Positions 1 through 9,307 of a DNA stretch of 64,000 bases are shown in pieces (the first letter of the stretch is position 1; each line of letters opens with the position of its first letter). The notes beneath the pieces are model-generated. The model made no database searches and was not told the origin of the DNA. It worked only from the letters and a program-made list of their open reading frames with translations. The DNA lies in the NCBI GenBank assembly GCA_964596395.1, contig CAZQSY010000004.1:9008-73007 (forward strand), read 5' to 3'. Source of the stretch: an uncultured Candidatus Saccharibacteria bacterium. GTDB taxonomy: Bacteria; Patescibacteriota; Minisyncoccia; Phycocordibacterales; UBA9973. A program made the position numbers and the translations under genes.

Positions 1-868
1 CGGGTACAGCCAAGGGCAGGGCGGATTCGGCGGCTTTGATTTTTCGGGTTTTCAAAACGGCGGAGTTGAGTTTGACTTTGGCAACCTAAACGATATTTTC
101 AGCGATTTCTTCGGCGGGGGAATGGCTAGAGGAGAAAGAGGCGCGAGACGTGGGCGGGATATATCTACTGAAATGCAGATTTCTTTTCAGGAATCGGTTT
201 TCGGCGTTACGCGGAAAATTTTAATTACTAAAATGTCGCAATGTTTTACCTGTGGCGGCTCTGGCGCGAAGGCCGGAACCAAGACGGAAAAATGCAAATA
301 TTGCAACGGGCAAGGCAAGATACGGGAGGCCAAGAGGACGATACTGGGCACTATTTCTAGCACGAAAATTTGCGAGGAATGTCTGGGGGCCGGCGAAGTG
401 CCGAAAGAAAAGTGCGATGCCTGTAAAGGCAGGGGCGTCCTGCGCCGGGAAGAAGAAATCACGGTAAATATACCGGCTGGCATTCGCGATGGAGAAATGA
501 TACGCATGGGAGGTATGGGCGAAGCGGTGCAGAAAGGCACCCCGGGAGACCTGTACATAAAAATCAACGTGGCTCCGCATTCTATTTTCAAGCGGGACGG
601 CAGCGATTTGATAATGAATCTTGAATTAAAGCTCTCCGACGCCCTCTTGGGGACTGAATACTCGATTCAAACGCTGGACGGGGAAATAAAAGTAAAAATC
701 CCGGAAGGTGTTTCGGTAAACGAAATCCTGCGCGTGAAAGGCAAAGGGGTGCCTGTATCAAAGAGCAGGCGCGGCGACCTTTTAATAAAACTAAAAATAA
801 AATTACCAAACAAACTTTCCCGCAAAGGAAAAGAGTTGATCGAAAAGCTCAAAGAAGAGGGAGTGTAG
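1..868 (+). CDS. dnaJ: Chaperone DnaJ, 5'-truncated at the window edge (G/F-rich region, 4x CxxCxGxG zinc finger, C-terminal domains)
   Basis: The frame is open from nt 2 and reads GYSQGQGGFGGFDFSGFQ... (G/F region). Four CxxCxG(x)G repeats and a DnaJ C-terminal domain follow. The ORF-track ATG at 122 is internal. Confidence 0.85.
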   Translation, partial: GYSQGQGGFGGFDFSGFQNGGVEFDFGNLNDIFSDFFGGGMARGERGARRGRDISTEMQISFQESVFGVTRKILITKMSQCFTCGGSGAKAGTKTEKCKYCNGQGKIREAKRTILGTISSTKICEECLGAGEVPKEKCDACKGRGVLRREEEITVNIPAGIRDGEMIRMGGMGEAVQKGTPGDLYIKINVAPHSIFKRDGSDLIMNLELKLSDALLGTEYSIQTLDGEIKVKIPEGVSVNEILRVKGKGVPVSKSRRGDLLIKLKIKLPNKLSRKGKELIEKLKEEGV

Positions 869-874
869 AGAGCC

Positions 875-1483
875 ATGCTTCCAGAAAAAATCATTTATAT
901 TTCTTTCTTGATAAGTTTTTTTGGGTATTTTTTCTATTTCAAGGATATATTTCGCGGCAATACTAGACCAAACATGGTTTCTTGGATTGTTTGGATGTCG
1001 GCTCCTTTCATTGGCGTGTATTTACAATTGAAAGCGGGCGCAGGACTTTCGGTGGTGCCGGTATTTTTAGCTGGATTTGGCCCGTTTCTGGTTGTTGCAA
1101 TTTCAGCCATAAGAAAAAACACTTTTTGGCATGTAACCAAGCTAGACATATGGTGCGGCATTTTTGCGCTTCTATCGCTTATATTTTACGTGCTTACCCG
1201 GAACCCGGGTCTTGCGATTATATTTGCAATAACAGGCGATGGTTTAGCGGCCGTACCCACCATAGTTAAATCTTGGAAATTCCCCGAGACAGAAAACTCA
1301 GGAGCTTATTTCCCGGGTGTAATAAACGGCATTCTAGGGTTACTAGTAATCAGAGAATGGAAGTTTGCCGTATATTCTTTCAATATATATTTGATAGTAA
1401 CTTGCTTGATTATTATCTTTTTTATTTACCGCAAGAAGATTTTTACATCACAATGTTTTACAATCTCTAATTCGCGCGAATAG
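875..1483 (+). CDS. Hypothetical polytopic membrane protein
   Basis: 202-aa ORF with multiple hydrophobic helices and no recognisable motif. Its 3' end contains the 28-mer repeat tctctaattcgcgcgaataggcgaata. Confidence 0.4.
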   Translation: MLPEKIIYISFLISFFGYFFYFKDIFRGNTRPNMVSWIVWMSAPFIGVYLQLKAGAGLSVVPVFLAGFGPFLVVAISAIRKNTFWHVTKLDIWCGIFALLSLIFYVLTRNPGLAIIFAITGDGLAAVPTIVKSWKFPETENSGAYFPGVINGILGLLVIREWKFAVYSFNIYLIVTCLIIIFFIYRKKIFTSQCFTISNSRE

Positions 1484-1538
1484 GCGAATAGTTTTTAAAC
1501 TTCGTTGAGATTTACTACAATATATCGTAGTAAATTTT

Positions 1539-2432
1539 CTAACCCAGTTTATTTTTAAACTTCCACGCCATTATTTTGTAGGCGATAAACGCCACGCCCC
1601 ATTCGGTGACAACCGAATCTTTTTGCGGAGAAACTTCCACGATGTCTGCCGCGATAACTTCTTTTTCTACCAGAAGACGCTCTATCAAGTTTAGGCCGTA
1701 ATGCCACCCGAGCCCGCCTTGTACCGGTGTTCCCGTACCCGGCATATGCGCCGGGTCAAAACCATCCACATCAATGGATAGGTAGACCTTCTTTGTGTTT
1801 ACGGCTTTTAATATTTCGCTTATCTTGTAAATTTGCGGCAATTTTTCATTCCACTCAAAAACCGTTATGGTATCTTTGTTTTTCTGCCAGTATTCATATT
1901 CGTATTTAGAGAAAGTTCTGATGCCAACCTGTACCAGATTAAAGCCGAGTTCGTGCGCCCGGCGCATGACGCAGGAATGCGCGTATTTGTTTTTGTTCTC
2001 GCTGTAATCGCTCGAGTCGTCGCGCAAGTCCTGGTGCGCGTCTATTTGTAGAATTGTCACATCTTTTGGATTTTCTTTTTTAGCTATGGCCTGAAAAGCG
2101 CCGAGCGAGATAGTATGTTCGCCGCCCAAAAGCATTACCAGCTCGTTTTTCCCAAAAACTTTCCCGTACTCAGCAGTTATTTTATCTACCGCTTTTTTTG
2201 ACGAGAGGTTGCCAAGCCCGGTGATTTCTTTATGTGCGGTTTTCAGTATTTTGGCCGGCTCGCACAAAAAGTCGCGATCGAATAGCTCTAGATTATGGTC
2301 TAGGCACTCAATAATCTTCCTTGGACCTTTGGAAGTGCCTCCCATGAAAGACACGCCGTGCTCATACGGCGCGGAAAGGATTATCGTGTCGGCCTCTTCT
2401 ATTTTTTTAGTGTTAATTATCCGGTCTATCAT
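1539..2432 (-). CDS. Arginase/agmatinase/formiminoglutamase-family ureohydrolase
   Basis: Mn-binding motifs of the ureohydrolase fold: DAHQDLRD and SIDVDGFDPAHMPGTGTPVQGGL. Confidence 0.75.
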   Translation of the reverse strand: MIDRIINTKKIEEADTIILSAPYEHGVSFMGGTSKGPRKIIECLDHNLELFDRDFLCEPAKILKTAHKEITGLGNLSSKKAVDKITAEYGKVFGKNELVMLLGGEHTISLGAFQAIAKKENPKDVTILQIDAHQDLRDDSSDYSENKNKYAHSCVMRRAHELGFNLVQVGIRTFSKYEYEYWQKNKDTITVFEWNEKLPQIYKISEILKAVNTKKVYLSIDVDGFDPAHMPGTGTPVQGGLGWHYGLNLIERLLVEKEVIAADIVEVSPQKDSVVTEWGVAFIAYKIMAWKFKNKLG

Positions 2433-2436
2433 GTTT

Positions 2437-3780
2437 TTATATTTTATTTATTCTTTGACCTTGAGAAGTATCCTTCACATCATACCCCAAAGAATTTATT
2501 TTTTTTCTAAGCTCATCTGATTTTTTAAAATCCTTGTTTCTGCGCGCTTCCTCCCGCTCTTCCGCGATTTTTTTCACCTCTTCCGGGATTTCTTCTTTTT
2601 TCAGGTTCTCGAAGCCCAAGCCGAAGACTTTGTCAAAATCAAGAATGGTTGCTTTCTTGTCCGAGTTTGAGAAACCATTGTCTTTAACCAGATCCCAGAG
2701 CAGGGCGAGGGCCCGTGGAGTGTCTAAATCATCTTCCAGTAACGTTTTAAATTTGAGTTGATAATCTGTATTTACTTGCCCAGTTTCATCGCCTAGGCCT
2801 AAAAATGCGCTTTGGAGCCGTCTTAGGGCAGAATCCGCTCCCCTCAGTGCTTCTTCGTTGAAATTCATAGGGGAGCGGTAGTGAGTCATTAACACCCATA
2901 GGCGAAAAGCCTTCGGTGATATTCCAGATTCTTGTATGTCCCGGATAGTTTTAAAATTTCCCAAGCTCTTGGACATTTTTTTTGAGTCAATATTGAGGAA
3001 TCCTGTATGTGTCCAATAGCGCACAAGGGGTTCCAGGCCGGAGGCCGACTCCATTTGCGCAATTTCACATTCATGGTGGGGAAAAATAAGGTCAATTGCT
3101 CCGCCGTGGATATCGTACTGCGGGCCGAATTTCGTTTCGGTGATTGCCGTATCTTCTATGTGCCAGCCCGGCCGGCCTTTACCAAATGGGGAATCCCACG
3201 ATGGTTCGCCGGGTTTTTCCGCCTTCCATAAGCAGAAATCATTCCATCCGCGTTTTTCCCTCGCCTCATCTACCCGCGAGATAGAATCATCTTCTTTTAG
3301 TTCTGTCCGTCCAGAAAGTTTGCCGTAATCTTTGAATTTCGCCGTTTCAAAATAAATACCGTCAGCGATTTTGTACGCGTAGCCTTTCCCCGAGAGAACC
3401 TCCACTTGTTTGATTATTTCCGTAATAAAATCAGTCGCCCGCGCATATTCGTTTACCGCGTCATTGCCGAGTGTCGTCATGTCTTCTTTGTATGCTTGCT
3501 CAAATTTCTCCGCGAGTTCTTTCCATGGCATCTCCCGTTCACGGGCGCGGTTGATTATTTTGTCGTCAATATCAGTAATATTTTGCAAGTAGAAAACATC
3601 GTAACCGAGATAACGCAAAACTTTTGCCAGCACGTCAAATTGCGTATAGGTTTTACCGTGCCCTAGGTGGGGAAAATCGTAAACAGTCGGGCCGCACACA
3701 AAAAAGTTCACCCTTTTTTCTTTTAACGGCACGAATTCCTCTTTTTTTCTCGTCAGGGTATTGTAAAGTTTTAAAGACAT
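2437..3780 (-). CDS. cysS: Cysteinyl-tRNA synthetase
   Basis: HIGH motif (PHLGHGKTY) and KMSKS motif present. Length 447 aa is typical. Confidence 0.9.
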   Translation of the reverse strand: MSLKLYNTLTRKKEEFVPLKEKRVNFFVCGPTVYDFPHLGHGKTYTQFDVLAKVLRYLGYDVFYLQNITDIDDKIINRAREREMPWKELAEKFEQAYKEDMTTLGNDAVNEYARATDFITEIIKQVEVLSGKGYAYKIADGIYFETAKFKDYGKLSGRTELKEDDSISRVDEAREKRGWNDFCLWKAEKPGEPSWDSPFGKGRPGWHIEDTAITETKFGPQYDIHGGAIDLIFPHHECEIAQMESASGLEPLVRYWTHTGFLNIDSKKMSKSLGNFKTIRDIQESGISPKAFRLWVLMTHYRSPMNFNEEALRGADSALRRLQSAFLGLGDETGQVNTDYQLKFKTLLEDDLDTPRALALLWDLVKDNGFSNSDKKATILDFDKVFGLGFENLKKEEIPEEVKKIAEEREEARRNKDFKKSDELRKKINSLGYDVKDTSQGQRINKI

Positions 3781-3790
3781 AAAAGATTCA

Positions 3791-3834
3791 AAACACAGGG
3801 TAGTCCTGTGTATACACAGGACTACCCTGTGTTT
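3791..3834. repeat. Family-E nested palindrome, intergenic copy between AI-2E transporter gene and cysS
   Basis: aaacacagggtagtcctgtgta|tacacaggactaccctgtgttt: perfect 22-bp inverted arms, each arm itself palindromic. Confidence 0.7.
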
Positions 3835-4844
3835 ACGGCTGTTTTAAATTCGTTCCGGTATATGGAAATAAGAGTATATAGAAGACTGATGGTAAGCGGC
3901 CCGACCAGGATTCCCACTGGGCCGAGCAGTGAAATACCTCCCAGAACGGAAAGCAATATGAGAAGCGGGGGAAGATTTATTTTATTTCCCACGATGTAAG
4001 GAGAAAGCAGATTGTCTACTGTTCCGACTATGATGATTGCCCAAAACATGAGTCCCACCGCCTCTGCGGTATTGCCCGAAAGAAACAGGAAGGCAATCGC
4101 CGGCACGGATATTAGGGATGTCCCTATCGTAGGAATCAGCGCGGCAATCACGGCTACCAGGCCCCACAGGGCGGGGTTTGGCACCCCGAATACGGCCAGT
4201 CCTGCGCCCATCAGAATTCCCTGAATCAGGGCAATCAAAAGGTATCCCTTGATGATTCCGTTTACCGCCAGAGAAAGTTTTTCCATGATTCTTTCGTCTT
4301 CGGTATCGGCAAGCGGGGATAGCAACACGAGCGCCCCCTTCCAGCGTGCTCCGTCTTTCAGGAAATAGAACATGGACAAAAGAATCAGGAGGAGGGAGAA
4401 AATCGCTTCCAGGGTGGAGGTGAAAATTTTAGCCAAACTACCCGAGACGACAGAAATGAAACCCGAAATTTTATCGTACAGATTGAAAGAAATATTTTCC
4501 GGCAAAATGTTGTTTACCCAAGTGTTCACCGAGTCAATGAAAGAAAGGGCGTGCACATTCTCTACGATCGAGCTGTAGGCGTTCTGGCTTTGGTTAAAGA
4601 CCATCGCGCCGATGCCGAAAAGCGGAATACCTATGATTAAAATGAAGAACAAGACAGTCAGCAGGGCGGCGAGCCAGCTGGGCAACTTTTTATTGAACCA
4701 CCGATAGATTGGATAAAGAACTATAGAGAAAGAAATGCCAAGCGTCAGCACTATCCAGAAAGGCCGGAAAATAAGAAAAGAAAACACAAACACCGCGGCC
4801 AGCAAAAAGAAGAAAAAATATCTTTCAATTATTTTCGTCTGCAT
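3822..4844 (-). CDS. AI-2E family transporter (PerM-like permease)
   Basis: 340 aa with ~8 TM segments and an AI-2E/UPF0118-like C-terminal region. Confidence 0.65.
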   Translation of the reverse strand: MQTKIIERYFFFFLLAAVFVFSFLIFRPFWIVLTLGISFSIVLYPIYRWFNKKLPSWLAALLTVLFFILIIGIPLFGIGAMVFNQSQNAYSSIVENVHALSFIDSVNTWVNNILPENISFNLYDKISGFISVVSGSLAKIFTSTLEAIFSLLLILLSMFYFLKDGARWKGALVLLSPLADTEDERIMEKLSLAVNGIIKGYLLIALIQGILMGAGLAVFGVPNPALWGLVAVIAALIPTIGTSLISVPAIAFLFLSGNTAEAVGLMFWAIIIVGTVDNLLSPYIVGNKINLPPLLILLSVLGGISLLGPVGILVGPLTISLLYTLISIYRNEFKTAVNTG

Positions 4845-4884
4845 GGGAATAGTATAACAGAAAAAGTTTGTCTCGTAAAACCGA

Positions 4885-6672
4885 TTAGTTCTTCTGATTC
4901 TGTGTTTTTAGGTACTTTTTCCAAAGCCGTTGGAATTCTTTTGAACGCTCTTTTAGCTCTTCCAGGTTTCCACGGGCGATGATCTTGCCTTCCTTGAAGA
5001 AAAAAATGTCGTCAAAAAGTGAAAGTAGATGCAGGCGGTGGATAGAAGAAATGATTGTTTTGTCGGGAAATTCAAAAAATATATTTTCGTAAATTTTTAA
5101 TTCGTTGTGAAAATCCACACTTGAAGTAGGTTCGTCAAGCAAGATTATATCTTTTTCCTTTGATGCCAAGAGCCCGCGCGCGAGCGCCAAGCGTTGTTTC
5201 TCGCCTCCACTTAAGTTCACCCCTTTTTCCACTATATTTGATTCAAGCCCGCGAGGGAGGCGGTCCACAACTTCGGTAAAAGAAGCCACATCAGTAAAAT
5301 GTTTTATTTCTTTCTCGGAGTACTCTATGCCCAACGTGATGTTTTCGCGGATGGTGGTCGAAAAAATTTCCGGGTCCTGGGGAATGAGAGAGATAGATTC
5401 GCTTATCCCGTGAAAGCTGTTTTCATAATTGCGGCTGTCTATCTCTAGAATCATATTTTTCGGCGCGTAGAGTCCGCGTAGAAGTTTTAGGAATGTTGTT
5501 TTACCGCCACCAGACTCGCCAATAACCGCGATTTTTGCCCCTTTCTCGAAACTTAAATTAATGCGATCAAGGGATAGTTCGGTGTCTTCGCCTTCTCCGT
5601 AAGAAAAAGACAGATCTTTGATAGATACCCGTTGCCAATCTTTCGGAAGGTATTTGCCTCCCGCGTCTTCAATTTTAGAGAAATCCTTGGCAATTTCTTC
5701 GGCATTAAGCACGCTAGACCTCCATCTGACGCTGTCGTTGTAAAGCGAGGCAAAACTGAAGAATGTTTCCCGCACCCTAGAAGTGTAATTCCAGAGGGCG
5801 TATATTGAGCCAATGAGGATTACTTCACCCGCATTAACGTTTGAAAAAAGATAAGCGGCCATTGCCAAGACCACGGAAGCTTGCCCTAAGATGCCCGCCC
5901 AGCCCCACTTCAGTTCGTTGTTGATGATGTTTTTCCTGAATTGAGAAAATGGCGCGTCGATTGCCTTGCTTATTGACTTGAGAACCAGTTTCTCAACCCG
6001 CAATATTATTACGGTTGTGATGTTGCTTATGGTGTCATATACCTTGGCGGAAGTTTTGTTTTCCAATTTGTTTACAATTCCGTATCCCGGCACTAATTTT
6101 TTGTCATACAGAAATATAATATAAAATATAAAGAAAGAAGTGATTATTACCACCGCGAAGGCCAGTAAGTTCATAAAGGCAAGGACGATAAAAGAGATTA
6201 CAATCCTGTTAAATGCATCAATAAATTGGAAACTATTTTCAGAAAAAGAGAACAATCCATTGCTTCCTTTTTCTATCTTATCTATTGTGTCCCCAGAGTG
6301 ATGATCAGCATGCCAAGACAATGGGAGCGCCATGACTCCCGACAAAAGACGTTCTTTGTAGTTTTTCTTTACCAAGAAAGCAGTCTTTTCCTCAATGATT
6401 CTCCCAGGCCCCCAAAACACCCAGTTTAATATCTCGGAAAATAAAAAGAGGAAAAGTATAAAAAACAAATGTGCAAGGTTTTCCCGATAAATACCGTTTT
6501 CTTGTATGTAATTTAAAAAATAAGCCAATATGAGCGGCTGGGTGGCAAAGATTCCCGCCGAGCAGAGAAACAAAAGAGTGGCGACTATGACCTCTTTCTT
6601 TCTTTTCCCGGCGTAGGCCCACATTTTGCGCCATAGAAATATCACCGGATTGTCTAACAAAGCTTTCATAAA
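4885..6672 (-). CDS. ABC transporter, fused permease/ATP-binding exporter
   Basis: N-terminal TM domain, then Walker A GESGGGKTT, signature LSGGEKQRLALAR and Walker B ILLDEPTS. Start placed at MKALLDNPVIF (ATG at 6672) to avoid overlap with rplU. Confidence 0.85.
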   Translation of the reverse strand, partial: FMKALLDNPVIFLWRKMWAYAGKRKKEVIVATLLFLCSAGIFATQPLILAYFLNYIQENGIYRENLAHLFFILFLFLFSEILNWVFWGPGRIIEEKTAFLVKKNYKERLLSGVMALPLSWHADHHSGDTIDKIEKGSNGLFSFSENSFQFIDAFNRIVISFIVLAFMNLLAFAVVIITSFFIFYIIFLYDKKLVPGYGIVNKLENKTSAKVYDTISNITTVIILRVEKLVLKSISKAIDAPFSQFRKNIINNELKWGWAGILGQASVVLAMAAYLFSNVNAGEVILIGSIYALWNYTSRVRETFFSFASLYNDSVRWRSSVLNAEEIAKDFSKIEDAGGKYLPKDWQRVSIKDLSFSYGEGEDTELSLDRINLSFEKGAKIAVIGESGGGKTTFLKLLRGLYAPKNMILEIDSRNYENSFHGISESISLIPQDPEIFSTTIRENITLGIEYSEKEIKHFTDVASFTEVVDRLPRGLESNIVEKGVNLSGGEKQRLALARGLLASKEKDIILLDEPTSSVDFHNELKIYENIFFEFPDKTIISSIHRLHLLSLFDDIFFFKEGKIIARGNLEELKERSKEFQRLWKKYLKTQNQKN

Positions 6673-6744
6673 TTGTTCCTGATTATAGCACGGACTATGT
6701 AGAATAATTTGCAATTTTTGGGAAAATTGTTTAGTATGATCCGT

Positions 6745-7062
6745 ATGGAATTCGCGGTAATACAAACAGGCGGGAAGCAATACAGGGTATCAAAAGGGGA
6801 TTCTGTCCTCATAGAGAAACTTGCCGGCAAGCACAAAATCGGGGATGAAATCACCTTCGACAAAGTTCTGCTTCGCGATGACGGCAAAAATACCGACATT
6901 GGTACTCCTTATATCAAGGATGCAAAAGTAGGTGCGGAAATTGTACAAATTGGCCGGGCTAGGAAAATTTTGGTTGTAAAATACAAGCAGAAATCCCGCT
7001 ACCTGCGCCGCAACGGCCACCGCCAGCCTTTCTTCAAAGTGAAAATTACTTCGATAAAATAA
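6745..7062 (+). CDS. rplU: 50S ribosomal protein L21
   Basis: MEFAVIQTGGKQYRVSKGDSV... matches the L21 N-terminus. Start moved to the internal ATG at 6745. Confidence 0.85.
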   Translation: MEFAVIQTGGKQYRVSKGDSVLIEKLAGKHKIGDEITFDKVLLRDDGKNTDIGTPYIKDAKVGAEIVQIGRARKILVVKYKQKSRYLRRNGHRQPFFKVKITSIK

Positions 7063-7095
7063 CCCTGTCGCTCGCGAGAGACGGGGTTTACTGCC
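7063..7095. terminator. Bidirectional hairpin terminator between convergent rplU and recR (family D hairpin ccctgtcgctcgcgagagacgggg followed by T-run)
   Basis: Perfect stem ccctgtcgctcg/cgagagacgggg followed by ttt, immediately after the rplU stop. The same hairpin recurs inside tRNA-like pseudogenes at 26213 and 26621. Confidence 0.6.
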
Positions 7096-7702
7096 GGTTT
7101 TTCAGCGCGTTTTTGAGAGTGTCATTGTCTGAATATTCTAGCTCGGTGCCGGTAGAAAGCCCGCGGCCGAGAGAGGAAATTTTTATACCCGCCGGCAGAA
7201 CTGCTGATTTCAGCTGGTTGCGGATGTAAAAATCGGTATGGTTGCCTTGCGGGCTCAGCGAGAAACCCAGGATTATTTCCTTGATATTTTTATCGTTTTC
7301 TACTCTCTTGATAAGTTCGCTTAGGCGGATTTTTTTGTGCGTGTCTTTTTCTACGATTGGCACGAGGCCGCCCAAGACAAAATATTTTCCGCCGTAAACA
7401 TGGCTTTTACTCACGCTTTCGAGGTCTGAATCCTTTTCGACGACCATTAAAGTAGAGGCATCCGTGTTTTTGCCCGAGCAAATCTCGCACGCGCTTTTAT
7501 CCAAGCTCTCTCGCAGATTAAAGAACCTGAAACATTCTTTACACTGTTTTGTTTCTTTTTTTAGTTTCAAAATCAGCCCGCTTAAATTTTCGGCATATGC
7601 CGGATTCTTAAACATCAAGAACCGCACAAAACGCCCGGCCTGCCTTTCGCCGATGCCGGGGAATTCTTTGAAGATTTCGGTTAATTTTTCGATAACATCC
7701 AT
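7088..7702 (-). CDS. recR: Recombination protein RecR
   Basis: HhH N-terminus, C4 zinc finger CKECFRF...CEIC, and a Toprim domain. Confidence 0.85.
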   Translation of the reverse strand: MDVIEKLTEIFKEFPGIGERQAGRFVRFLMFKNPAYAENLSGLILKLKKETKQCKECFRFFNLRESLDKSACEICSGKNTDASTLMVVEKDSDLESVSKSHVYGGKYFVLGGLVPIVEKDTHKKIRLSELIKRVENDKNIKEIILGFSLSPQGNHTDFYIRNQLKSAVLPAGIKISSLGRGLSTGTELEYSDNDTLKNALKNRQ

Positions 7703-7710
7703 TTTTTTCT

Positions 7711-9102
7711 TTAAAAATCATCCAACCCTTCACTTGTTTTCGGCTGGGTAAACTCGCTCAAACTGCTTTTTTCAAGATTGAGGAATGTGGTGGTTTTTTC
7801 GTCGAAGTACAAATCCACTTTGCCGGTCGGGCCGTTGCGGTGCTTTTCAATCAGGATTTCGGCGATATTTGTTTTTTCCGATTCTTCTTTGCCTTTATCT
7901 TCGCGGTGAATGAACATCACCACGTCGGCGTCTTGTTCTATCGAACCCGAATCACGCAGGTCCGAAAGCCGGGGCTTGCCACCGCGCGCTTCCACCGCGC
8001 GAGAGAGCTGAGACAGGGCGAGTACCGGCACGTTAAGCTCTTTGGCCAGCGCTTTGAGAGAGCGCGAAATTTCGGTGACTTGGTTTACCATAGAATCATA
8101 ATTCTTGGTTGTGGTCATGAGCTGTAAATAATCCACGACAACCAAGTCGAGACCCTTTTCGGCTTTCAGTCGGCGGGCCAGCGCTTTCATGCGGACGATT
8201 GTGTTACCCGGCTGGTCGTCGATGAAAATTTTCGCCTTAGCCAGCTTATCCAGCGAGTCCCGCAATTGCGAGAAGTCGCGGTCTGAAGTGAGATGCCCGG
8301 TGCGCAGGTTCCAAGCGTTTACCCGGGACTCGGCCGAGAGCATTCTGTCTACCAGCTGCTGGGAAGACATTTCCAAAGAAAAAATTAGAACCGATTTGTC
8401 GTGTACCGTAGCGGCCATGCGGGCGATATCGAGCGCGAGCGTGGTTTTGCCGATAGAAGGCCGCGCGGCCAATATGATGAGGTCTGATTTCTGCAGACCC
8501 GAGAGGGTATTATCCAGATCCTTAAAGCCGGTAGGCAGGCCCCTGAGCGCGCCTTTGTGTTCATGCAATTTTTCCAGACGTTCCCAGGCCTCGGGCAACG
8601 CCTCTTTCAAGCTGGTGTATTTTTGATTTTTTGGAGAAGACACGACGCCGAAAATTCTTTTTTCAGCCGCGTCTAGCACGTCTTCTATGTGGTCGTCGCT
8701 TTCTTCAAAACTGAGTTCCGAAATATAATCGGCCGCTTCGATTAAGCTACGCAGGATAAATTTCTTCTGCACGATGCCCGCGTAGTGTTTGATGTTTGTC
8801 GAGGAAGGGACAGAGTTTGCGATTTCGGCCAGATATTGGTTGCCGCCGATTCTTTCAAGAACTTTTTGTTCGGAAAGCTTGGTGGAAAGCGAAAGCATGT
8901 CGATTGGCTCGTTTTTGGCCGATAGGTCGAGCATCGCTTTGAAGATTATTTTATTTTTTTCGGCGTAAAAAGAATCCGGTATCAGTATGTCTTCGACTTC
9001 ATGCATCGCGTCTTTGCGGAGCATAATCGAACCCAGCACCGCCTGTTCTGATTCAATATTTTGTGGGGGTATTCTAAGGTCGGTTTTTTTCTGCTTGGCC
9101 AT
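7711..9102 (-). CDS. dnaB: Replicative DNA helicase DnaB
   Basis: DnaB N-terminal domain (ESEQAVLGSIM), Walker A GARPSIGKT and RecA-like C-terminus. No intein. Confidence 0.9.
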   Translation of the reverse strand: MAKQKKTDLRIPPQNIESEQAVLGSIMLRKDAMHEVEDILIPDSFYAEKNKIIFKAMLDLSAKNEPIDMLSLSTKLSEQKVLERIGGNQYLAEIANSVPSSTNIKHYAGIVQKKFILRSLIEAADYISELSFEESDDHIEDVLDAAEKRIFGVVSSPKNQKYTSLKEALPEAWERLEKLHEHKGALRGLPTGFKDLDNTLSGLQKSDLIILAARPSIGKTTLALDIARMAATVHDKSVLIFSLEMSSQQLVDRMLSAESRVNAWNLRTGHLTSDRDFSQLRDSLDKLAKAKIFIDDQPGNTIVRMKALARRLKAEKGLDLVVVDYLQLMTTTKNYDSMVNQVTEISRSLKALAKELNVPVLALSQLSRAVEARGGKPRLSDLRDSGSIEQDADVVMFIHREDKGKEESEKTNIAEILIEKHRNGPTGKVDLYFDEKTTTFLNLEKSSLSEFTQPKTSEGLDDF

Positions 9103-9187
9103 TGAGGAAATTCTAGCAATACCGCTAGGATAGTCAAAGCCCGAAAATGCGTAAGTGTGTTATTAAAATGTGGACAAGCAAAACGGA

Positions 9188-9286
9188 CGAAGCCCCTGCA
9201 AATTCTTCGCTTCCCGAGGGTCCCGCTTTGGGGACCTAAAGCGCACCAAAGAAGGGCGCAGGGACGAAAAATTTGCAGGGGCTTCG
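9188..9286 (+). repeat. Family-A palindromic element (conserved ~62-nt core in the loop of a 16-17 bp hairpin) in the trpS leader
   Basis: Core ttcccgagggtcccgctttggggacctaaagcgcaccaaagaagggcgcagggacg is flanked by gaagcccctgcaaatt / aatttgcaggggcttc. It is ~95% identical (reverse orientation) to 39128..39214 inside dus. Confidence 0.7.
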
Positions 9287-9307
9287 CCTAAAGTGTTAAA
9301 ATTACAC

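Noticed and set aside
9170-9307. N-terminal extension of trpS in the ORF track (MDKQNGRSPCKFFASRGSRFGDLKRTKEGRRDEKF...)
   Set aside because: This segment is the family-A palindromic element translated. The same peptide (SRGSRFGDLKRT..GRRDEK) reappears in an antisense ORF across the dus copy (38904..39284). TrpS homology begins at MPKKVLLSG (9308).
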